Positions 7,585 through 15,270 of a DNA stretch of 16,994 nt are shown here, one piece after another. The position numbers and the translations under genes are program-made. The DNA lies in the NCBI GenBank assembly GCA_964373695.1, contig CAYJVT010000016.1:1-16994 (forward strand), given 5' to 3'. Each line of letters opens with the position of its first letter. Position 1 is the first letter of the stretch. The DNA is from an uncultured archaeon (GTDB lineage: Archaea; Aenigmatarchaeota; Aenigmatarchaeia; GW2011-AR5). Under the pieces are notes generated by a model. That model ran no database searches, was not told the origin of the DNA, and was given only the letters and a program-made list of their open reading frames with translations.

Positions 7585-9668
7585 TCAGGACTCCGTCTTC
7601 ACAATTATCTTCTCGATTTCCTTCACTTCTTTCCTTGTCTTTGACCTGCTCCTCAGGTACATTATTATGAAAGTGACGACAACCGAGCCTGCTAAAATTA
7701 TTATCGTTTGTATATATGTAGACTGCTGCTCTGAAGGCAATTCGGGTATTTTTTCTATCGTTATGACCTGCTCTATGGAGCTGTAAACAAACGGCGCCGT
7801 CGTATTGACGATTTTCTTGACACTATAGGTCACATTCCTCTGCTCAAAAGGCAGCATGTTCAAAAAAGTGAACTCAACTATCGGGTCGGGCTGTATTATC
7901 CTTGAAGGCTTCTGGGAGAACACTATTTCATCCACGCTGGAAGCGATGGATTTGTCTATTTTCTCCACCACGCTCAGCGAAGTGGCGGGCGTTTCCTTGT
8001 TCCTGACTTTTATCACGAAGCTTGTTTCGCCCTCAAGCTCCTTTATTTCCGCGCTCTTTGTTATCACGAAATCAAGCTGCTCCGACTGTTCCAGTGAGCT
8101 TACCCTGAGCATGAAAATGAAATCTCTCGTGAAATCGGCGTTCTGGAAGCGGATTTTGGTCTGATAATTCCCCGGTATGGCATTGGGCGGGATATTTATA
8201 ACAATGGCAAGATAATTCGACTGCTTTCCTTCAACGGAAAACGACGGATTGGAAACGGAAAACCATTCAGGCGGTATGCCTTCAACCGACACCGCAATAT
8301 CATTTACAGCTTCATCAGCGGGGTTGAATACGCCGATACTTTCCGCCCTCTGCTCACCCGGCGAGACTTCCACCAGGATGGGCATGCTTATGAACTGGAG
8401 GAATTCAGACTGTGTCGTGTCCTCGCCTATCGCAAACACCGACAGTCCTGTTAATTCAGCTTCATATGTTATTGCCGAAGCGCTTTCTGAAACCAGCCTC
8501 GTCCTCATAACAGACCATTGGTCGCCGGAGTATCTTTTCAGCACGACATTGTTCTTCTGCAGGGAATTGTCCTGAACCCATTTCTTTGCAACTTCGAACT
8601 TGACTTTAGCCCCCCTGATATTGTCCTCTTTCAGCCCCTCGTACTTCACTTCAAGGTACTGGTAAACCTTTCCTTCTACTTTTTTTTCTACAGACGCGGG
8701 CTGCTGGTCTGATTTCGTGACCTTTATCTCCACATTGCTTGCGGCATTTTTTACATCAAGGCTGATTTCCTTTATCCCGACATTTTCATTGCTTATTTTT
8801 ACAATATTCGGCTTTTCTGCGGACAATGTTTGCACTATAACGGAAGTTGACACAATGACATTTGCCTTCGTTTGGGTCGTTAAAGATGCGCTTGTGGAAG
8901 TATCGGTAGCGGTTGTGCTGGAAGCCGAAGAAGGCGGGGTCAATATTGTAAGTGTGGACGTCCTGTTTGGAGTTGCGAAAGTGTTGTTGTTCCTGTCGGT
9001 AAAGGTGATGTATGAAACTGTTATATAGTTTCCGGCGGCGGTGCTGCCGACGTTGAATACCAGCGTATTGTACTGAAGCAATGAAAGGGTGGTATTGCCC
9101 TGTATCGTTGTCGCAAATCCTTCCCTTGAAAACACCAGTGTCCCGCCGGAATTGAATATCTTTATCGCCGGAATTATCTGCGACGAGACGTTGCCCACAT
9201 TCCTTGCCGTCAGCTTGAAATACGCCACGGTGCCTTGATACACGCTTTCATCGTTCGAAAAGCCTGATAATTCGACCAGGCCTGCATACACCCTTTTGAA
9301 GACTGATATGCCAGGGAAGCCGTCCCTTGTGATGCTTATAGATATGTTGTAATATCCAAGCCCTCCGAATGTGTAATTCAGCGTGTAATTGTTAGTCCCT
9401 GTCTGGTTTACCGTAAAAGAATTGAAGCTGCCTGTAGGAGGCGTTATAATAAAACTAACCGTCGCATTTACCACAGGATCATCAAACGTATCCACTAGTA
9501 TGACGGATATCGTACGATTGCCGGTGCTGTCAATGTCGTCAGGGCTGAACGTTGCGCGCATCGCCTTATCGCCTGATATGATTTTTACAGGCACGGAAAC
9601 TGATGCCGCAAAAGATATTTCAGCAACAATTGTCACGCATAAAAACAGAAAAAAAAATTAGTTTTCAT
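7585..9668 (-). CDS. PGF-pre-PGF domain cell-surface protein; signal peptide out of frame at an A9 tract as sequenced
   Basis: PGF-pre-PGF-like domain (VYQYLEV...VKFEVAKKW...VVLKRY..DQW...TGLSVFAIG, ~8420-8845), Ig/NEW3-like domains, and a C-terminal TM with basic tail. The track ORF (7585-9636, GTG) lacks a signal peptide. ATG at 9668 plus one extra T in the tract gives MKTNFFFLFLCVTIVAEISFA|AS in frame. Confidence 0.85.
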
Positions 9669-9689
9669 CATAAGTATTCGTTTGTATAA

Positions 9690-9737
9690 CTGCGGGCTAA
9701 AGCCCGCAGCCTGCAAAGAAGCTTTGCTTCTTTGCAG
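9690..9737. repeat. Two adjacent perfect hairpins
   Basis: CTGCGGGC-TAAA-GCCCGCAG (9690-9709) and CTGCAAAGAAGC-TTT-GCTTCTTTGCAG (9711-9737, 12-bp stem). Confidence 0.9.
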
Positions 9738-9851
9738 AAAAGCCATAGTATCCATACTCTCTGCAGATAAAGAAACCGCCTGCAAATCCGGGATATTATT
9801 TTGCGCATCTGGTGTAAAAATCCTCGGCATCATATTTACCATCCATCTTAG

Positions 9852-10790
9852 CTACTTTATATCGGCTATTATCCTCACGTAAGGCCTGCCGCCCACCCCT
9901 GACGCGGCATCATTGTATTTCGTCAGGTATTGCCTTGTCCATTTCAGGCTGTATTCCTTCGGCGGCGCCGAGGGGTTTATCCCGATGACGTACCTGCCCT
10001 TGGGCGTTTCGGGCATGACCTTTATATGTATAAGGACCTTCACTGTCCAGTTGTAGCCGAATATGGGATTCACGGGCTCCAGGAGGAACACTTCAGGGTT
10101 TGTCGTAACTTCAAAGTAATTCTTTATCTGGTCAGGCGACTGCGTCACGTTGAACTGCGTCCCATTAAGGTCCTGGTTAGGTATTACCGAGCTTTCGGGA
10201 AACACCACTTCCATTTTCGTGCCCTGATACGTTTCAACGAGCCACGAAGTATGGAAAAAGCTTGCAACAGTGAAGTCATCGCCGGGCGATGCTTCCACAC
10301 CTATGTCACCCGGGTAAGCGCCATATCCTATCCCATAAAATCTCCCCGCGGTCGGGTTTGCTATGATATCTATCTTCTCCTCAAAAAGCGGGTAAAACTC
10401 CGGCTGCTTCCAGTATTTTTCCTCTAATGTGACAAGGTCGGTTAACCTGCCGGCATAAATAAGCAAATCTATAACATAGAAATCACCGGGAAACGGCGGA
10501 AGATTTTTGTAGACCACAGGCGGCAGGTAGTCGGGCCTCGTCCTTTTTGCATTTGCCGCATCGAATTCCGCCTTTATCTTTTCATCGATGGTCCCGTATT
10601 TTTTCACGGGCTGGGGATTGCCAAGCATGCTATAACCGATAAAAGCAGCGACAAAAACGACGGCTACAAAGGAAGCTGCAATATATTTGGCCCTGCTTTT
10701 TTTGGCAACTATAATCTGGTGACCAGCGGAAACTTCGGTTTTTGAATTTTGTTTATCAGACTGCTTCTTCGATGTTTTTTTATCTTTCAC
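9852..10790 (-). CDS. Membrane-anchored surface protein 'A', paralog of 11825-12502
   Basis: GTG start 6 nt after the SD-like GGGGTTGA. A charged N-tail precedes one TM (IAASFVAVVFVAAFIGY). Shared motifs with A': NLPxFPxDFY, KQPEFYP, GAYPxD, FFHxSWxVxTYQG, NPSAPPKE, RPYVRI. Confidence 0.85.
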   Translation of the reverse strand: MKDKKTSKKQSDKQNSKTEVSAGHQIIVAKKSRAKYIAASFVAVVFVAAFIGYSMLGNPQPVKKYGTIDEKIKAEFDAANAKRTRPDYLPPVVYKNLPPFPGDFYVIDLLIYAGRLTDLVTLEEKYWKQPEFYPLFEEKIDIIANPTAGRFYGIGYGAYPGDIGVEASPGDDFTVASFFHTSWLVETYQGTKMEVVFPESSVIPNQDLNGTQFNVTQSPDQIKNYFEVTTNPEVFLLEPVNPIFGYNWTVKVLIHIKVMPETPKGRYVIGINPSAPPKEYSLKWTRQYLTKYNDAASGVGGRPYVRIIADIK

Positions 10791-10863
10791 TGCCAGTCAA
10801 CCCCATGTTGATAATTATATTCTAAATGTAAATATTTAAGTTAAAAATCCCGTGCTTAATCAC

Positions 10864-11108
10864 AAGTCAAGCTTCGCTTGACTTTGATCCTTCAAAGAGC
10901 GCAGCTCTTTGGGGTGTTGAAATTGCTTTGCAATTTCACACATTCACAGAAGCCTTCGGCTTCTGATGAAAAGGCGGCGGCTTGTCTGCAAAAGAGCTTT
11001 GCTCTTTTGAGATGCCAAAGAGCAAAGCTCTTTGCACATATGTGACCAACTTGTGCAATCCTTGAAGGAATAAAATTCCTCCAGGTTCTCAGAGAACTTC
11101 GTTCTCTG
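10864..11108. repeat. Array of eight perfect triloop hairpins (non-coding)
   Basis: Hairpins: 10864-10884 (loop TTC), 10893-10911 (GCA), 10918-10938 (TTT), 10947-10965 (TTC), 10989-11009 (TTT), 11016-11034 (AAA), 11066-11080 (AAA), 11090-11108 (TTC). Stems are 6-9 bp. A palindrome CACATATGTG lies at 11035-11044. Confidence 0.92.
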
Positions 11109-11157
11109 CAGATATCCTAAATATTAAGTTGGTCAGCTATAACAGCAAGAAAACTGC

Positions 11158-11757
11158 TTACCCTGCTTTGCTTGTATGCACAAGATTAACAGTCGTATCA
11201 GTGCCAATTGCAACGCTGCTGTAATCCGCCCACAGCCAGACGTTCCTGTAGGAGCCGACACCGTTCACGCTCATGTTTGCAACTGTCGCGTTTGTAGCAA
11301 GAGTGACGTTAGCGCATCTTGTAGTGCCGTTTGTGAAATTAAATCCGTTATTAGCCGTGCCAGTGCAGCTGGTTTCCCATGCCCCGTCAGCCCATCCAGC
11401 CTTCACAGTAACGCCCGAAGGCAAAGCTGCCGTGAAGTTTATGGTCATGTTAAGGTATACATTTCCCGTGTTAGTGTAGTTAAATATCGGAGAAGTGGAA
11501 GTTTGCGTATCGCCTCCAAGATTGGATGCATTTATCTTATTGCCAGTTGTCACCGTTGCGTTGAACTGCAATGTCGTCGTCGTCGACCCGCTTGAATAAG
11601 ATGTGGAGTTGTTGCCGGGGACGGACAGCGTGAAGGCGAGAGATGTCGGCAGCAAAAACCTTACAGGCGTTGTTATGGTGTCTGCGAATACGACGCCGAT
11701 GGCGATTAAAAAGAATAGAAGAATAACCAGATACTTATTTTTGACCATCTTATCCAC
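11158..11757 (-). CDS. Secreted, putatively N-glycosylated 'B' protein (candidate fibre/S-layer subunit)
   Basis: Signal peptide ending VFA|DT; ATG at 11748 after GAGTGG is the likelier start. About 12 N-X-S/T sequons, two Cys, and no C-terminal anchor. The mature region aligns with the C-terminal ~160 aa of 12517-15165. Confidence 0.85.
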   Translation of the reverse strand: MDKMVKNKYLVILLFFLIAIGVVFADTITTPVRFLLPTSLAFTLSVPGNNSTSYSSGSTTTTLQFNATVTTGNKINASNLGGDTQTSTSPIFNYTNTGNVYLNMTINFTAALPSGVTVKAGWADGAWETSCTGTANNGFNFTNGTTRCANVTLATNATVANMSVNGVGSYRNVWLWADYSSVAIGTDTTVNLVHTSKAG

Positions 11758-11812
11758 TCAATAATCGCTTATTGCCTACGAAATTCCTGTTTATAATTAT
11801 GCCAGAGGATAG

Positions 11813-11827
11813 TATATATACTTTTTA
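11813..11827 (-). promoter_or_regulatory. BRE/TATA-like promoter upstream of gene B
   Basis: The minus strand reads TAAAAAG-TATATATA, about 65 nt upstream of ATG 11748. Confidence 0.55.
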
Positions 11828-12502
11828 CGCCCCTACATCAACCTGAATGCGCACGTAAGGCCTGTCAAGCCCGCCGAAGAATTCTATGTAAGGCCTGTAT
11901 TTCTGCGACCACTCGGTGCTTTTTTCCTTCGGCGGCGCCGAGGGGTTGAGACCTATGGTATAATTTCCTGAAGGCGCGTTTTTTGACCTTATCCTGACAA
12001 TGACTTTTTGCGCCCACTGGTTATCGAATTTTGGGTAATTCGGCCCCAACACCAAATCATTTTTATCCAGCGAAATATCAAAGTATTCCGGAACAGGATT
12101 TATTATATTCAGCCTCATGCCCTGATAAGTCTGCACAGACCATGAAGAATGGAAAAATACCGTTACGTTCACCTCACCATCGCCCCGAATATTTGTTGTC
12201 CTATCGGCGGGATAAGCACCTATTCCAAGAATGCTTGCCCTGTCCGGAACAGGATTCTTGAACGTATCCACGCCGGAAGTTTCCCATGTGGGATAGAACT
12301 CAGGCTGCTTGTAATAGCTTTCCGTTGCCGAATCCGATATGAAATTTTCCGCCTGAAAATCGACAAAATAGAAATCCAAGGGAAAATCAGGCAGGTTTTC
12401 AAATATAGCTCTGTCAAGAGCGTATTCAGGCCTTGAAGGCGTCTGGCTTACGCAGCCTGATGCAAGGATTACTGAAATCATGATTAAGCAAATAGTTTTC
12501 AT
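11825..12502 (-). CDS. Predicted lipoprotein 'A-prime', paralog of 9852-10790
   Basis: MKTICLIMISVILASG|C is a lipobox-type signal. The remainder aligns along its length with the C-terminal domain of A. Confidence 0.85.
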   Translation of the reverse strand: MKTICLIMISVILASGCVSQTPSRPEYALDRAIFENLPDFPLDFYFVDFQAENFISDSATESYYKQPEFYPTWETSGVDTFKNPVPDRASILGIGAYPADRTTNIRGDGEVNVTVFFHSSWSVQTYQGMRLNIINPVPEYFDISLDKNDLVLGPNYPKFDNQWAQKVIVRIRSKNAPSGNYTIGLNPSAPPKEKSTEWSQKYRPYIEFFGGLDRPYVRIQVDVGA

Positions 12503-12516
12503 AATTAACCCGTTTC

Positions 12517-15165
12517 TTATCCGACGATGCTGTCCTGGTTGAGGTTTACCGTGCTGTCCGTGTTGACAGGAACGCTGCCGTTATAATCAGCCCACAGCCA
12601 GACGTCCCTTGCCTTTCCAAGCCCGGAAGTCGATATATTCGCGACTATTGTCATATTGGTCGTTGCTGTAATATTTGCGCATGAAGTTGTGTCTGTAAGA
12701 TTTATGGCGGTGCAGGATGGCTGCCAAGCAGTGTCAGACCAGCCTGCCTTCACGATGACGCCGGAAGGCAGCGCAGCCGAAAAATTAAGCGTTACATTGA
12801 GGTATATGCTCCCTGTGTTATTGTACCTGAATATGGCAGTGGTCGCTGTCTGGACAGCCGTGCCGCCGGCAACATTCGTGGCGTTGACCTTTTTGGCATT
12901 CAAATCGGTCGTATTGAAAATGATTGCCGTGGTCGTCTGCGTCGTGTTGAATATTGTGCCATTAGGCGCAGGTATCGAAAGGGTATATGAAAGGTCTTGG
13001 GCCGAGGCTATGCTGACATTGAATCTTTCTGTAGCGTTGCTGAGCATAAGAGACCAGTTTGAAGTGAAATTTACGTCAAACACCCACAGCGTCCCGATGT
13101 CGCCAGTCGCATTCACTGTCCAGTTGAGCGAGCAGTTTTGCCTATGGGAAAGAGAGCCGCACGTCAGGTTTGAGGGCGTCCAGAAAGGCGTGGCGCCGGA
13201 GAAGGTTTGGATGATGACGTCGGGCAATCCGCCTGAGGTTGAGTTCCTCCTAATACTGCCGTTGACCTGTTCACATACCACAGTGGGGTTGAGATTATCA
13301 ATAGGAGTGCACTGCACAGAAGCGTTGATAGTAAAGTTACTGAGCTGACTTACATTGTATGTAGTGCCTCCAGCAGGCCCCACAAGCGATACATTAAGGT
13401 AGCCGAATGCCTGGCTCACGCTCAGGTTGTTGCTTGAAGCATTATTGTTAAGCGCGAGATTTCCTATAGGAAGCGAGTTGGTGGCATTGCACTGGATGCG
13501 CAAAGAGTAGTTTATATGAGGCTTTGTGGCATTGACCTGGAAAACAAAATTGCTTGAGTTCAAATTGGTGAGATTTTTTATATAATACGACGAGACGTTG
13601 GCATATACCGCCTCCGCGTTTGACGTTGTTATGGTCGTGAACGAGACGTTGTCTGTGGAGTTCTGCAGGAATATTGTGAGCGCTGATGACGTGCCGTTGA
13701 TGGACTCGCATGCGCCTGTTACGGTAGCGGATTCGTTTCCTGTAAAAACAGTATTTTTGCTCGCTATGGTGATATTAGCCTTCAGGATGGGCTTCTGAAG
13801 AGTCCTTTTGTACGCAAAGGATGCAGACTCGTTGCCGGTTAAGGCAGTCTGGGTGGCTGTTCCTATGGCAAGCGTGTTGTGCCACACTGTGTTATTGAAC
13901 GGCCTCAGGCACACGTTGTTTGCGGCTCCCTGCGATATGGTTGTTGCCATCGCCCTTGAGCTGTTGAAGGGGTCCTGCTGCATACTCACCCAGTTCACGT
14001 TCGCGCCGCAGCCTGTTACAGATGCACGTACAGTATATGTTCCTGTGTCGCATGTTGTATTGTTGTTGCAGTCTACAGGGCCGAAATCGGTGTCGCCTGC
14101 CGTGCCTGTACCATACAGGATAACGCCGGCGCTGTTCATCGCATTTCCCGTGCCGTTATAGAAGCCGGAGGCTATGTCCCTTGTTACCAATGTTTCTATC
14201 GCGGCGTCTGGCTCTGCGCCAGCCCCCCACCTAGTGCCGTTCCAGTGCCACACGTCAAGGTCCAAGCCGCCGTCAACACTGGAATATAATATCCTGTTTG
14301 AATCCACATCAGAGGCCAGGGAAATCCACTGTATGCTTGCGGCGAGCGTCAGAGCGCCTGCAGGCAGGGTTATGTTACTTTCCCATCCTGTGCCGTTCCA
14401 TATCCTCGTGTTACCTCTTGTTGGCACGTCTTCTGCCCATGCAACCATCATACGCCTTGTCTTTCTTTCAGGCGCTATGTCAAATATCTGCTTCGGGGTT
14501 GTGACCTCAGCTGATATAGTGAGGTTTATCGTATTACCCCATGTTGTCCCGTCCCATATCTGGGCGCATATATCGGCTGTCGTGACATTGTAACCCACAA
14601 ATGTGATATTATTTGAACCGGGCTGCGATTCAACGCGGACCCAGCTCGGCCCGCCGACGCAGGTGTCCTGGGCCATCTCCGTTTGGCTGCCCCACACCGC
14701 GCCGTTCCATATCATGTAAGTGCCGTTCGTATTCTCCCCCGGAGCGCCGGTCCCGTTCTTGAACACAGCCAAAGCACGGCCTGTAATGTTCTCGTATGCG
14801 ATGTCAAAAGCCCTTCCTCTTGCATTAAATTTGCCAACCCTTGACACGTTTATCATGTTGCCCCATGTGTTATCGTAGCCGTTATAAACTGCAAAAAATA
14901 TGTCGCTGCTGTTGTCCATCGCCCCAAGGATAGCCTCGTCTCTTACTGGATTTGTCACGACCTTGAGCCACTGGACCTCGCCAGCCATCGTAAGCCCCGT
15001 AGACTTCTGCTCGCTGAAATCCGTCCCGTTCCAAATCCTGTATTGTGGAACGTGCATAGAGGCGGTTTTGTTCACGTATACGACAATGCCCTCGGTCGCA
15101 TGAACTGCGCCGGCAACAAGCAAGAAAAACCCCATTAACGCAAAAATCTTACACGCTACTCTCAT
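12517..15165 (-). CDS. Large secreted glycoprotein 'B-prime': predicted beta-propeller, Ig-like domains and a C-terminal B domain (candidate adhesin)
   Basis: Signal peptide ending AVHA|TE. Recurrent W(N/D)GxxW repeats in the N-terminal ~450 aa. The C-terminal domain is homologous to B (NTGxxYLNxTxNFxAALPSGVxVKAGW...VWLWADY). No membrane anchor. Confidence 0.85.
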   Translation of the reverse strand: MRVACKIFALMGFFLLVAGAVHATEGIVVYVNKTASMHVPQYRIWNGTDFSEQKSTGLTMAGEVQWLKVVTNPVRDEAILGAMDNSSDIFFAVYNGYDNTWGNMINVSRVGKFNARGRAFDIAYENITGRALAVFKNGTGAPGENTNGTYMIWNGAVWGSQTEMAQDTCVGGPSWVRVESQPGSNNITFVGYNVTTADICAQIWDGTTWGNTINLTISAEVTTPKQIFDIAPERKTRRMMVAWAEDVPTRGNTRIWNGTGWESNITLPAGALTLAASIQWISLASDVDSNRILYSSVDGGLDLDVWHWNGTRWGAGAEPDAAIETLVTRDIASGFYNGTGNAMNSAGVILYGTGTAGDTDFGPVDCNNNTTCDTGTYTVRASVTGCGANVNWVSMQQDPFNSSRAMATTISQGAANNVCLRPFNNTVWHNTLAIGTATQTALTGNESASFAYKRTLQKPILKANITIASKNTVFTGNESATVTGACESINGTSSALTIFLQNSTDNVSFTTITTSNAEAVYANVSSYYIKNLTNLNSSNFVFQVNATKPHINYSLRIQCNATNSLPIGNLALNNNASSNNLSVSQAFGYLNVSLVGPAGGTTYNVSQLSNFTINASVQCTPIDNLNPTVVCEQVNGSIRRNSTSGGLPDVIIQTFSGATPFWTPSNLTCGSLSHRQNCSLNWTVNATGDIGTLWVFDVNFTSNWSLMLSNATERFNVSIASAQDLSYTLSIPAPNGTIFNTTQTTTAIIFNTTDLNAKKVNATNVAGGTAVQTATTAIFRYNNTGSIYLNVTLNFSAALPSGVIVKAGWSDTAWQPSCTAINLTDTTSCANITATTNMTIVANISTSGLGKARDVWLWADYNGSVPVNTDSTVNLNQDSIVG

Positions 15166-15250
15166 CCAATCACAATCTCTTTGTGATTATTATGCACAAG
15201 AACAAATTAAGGTTTTCCCGCCGCATTTGAAGCATGAAACATCTTTTTCA

Positions 15251-15258
15251 TCTGCAGA
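15251..15258. repeat. TCTGCAGA palindrome, one of five intergenic copies
   Basis: Other copies at 43-50, 7537-7544, 9760-9767 and 11105-11112. Confidence 0.7.
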
Positions 15259-15270
15259 AAATATCAACAT

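Noticed and set aside
7585-7700. PGF-CTERM/archaeosortase signal on the PGF-pre-PGF protein
   Set aside because: No PGF motif precedes the C-terminal TM, so only a plain TM anchor is supported.
9633-9882. 69-aa (minus) and 66-aa (plus) ORFs across the 9.7-kb hairpins
   Set aside because: They are overlapping open frames through palindromic DNA with no protein-like features. Only the last ~11 codons of the minus ORF matter, as the displaced signal-peptide start.
10782-10806. Short upstream ORF MGLTGSER* overlapping the start of gene A
   Set aside because: Better explained as the SD-like GGGGTTGA 6 nt before the GTG start. There is no evidence for a frameshift or a leader peptide.
10864-11108. 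CRISPR array or tRNA/structured housekeeping RNA interpretation of the hairpin region
   Set aside because: There is no constant repeat with unique spacers, no cas genes and no cloverleaf. The TTCG-containing loops pair as triloops, not as C(UUCG)G tetraloops.
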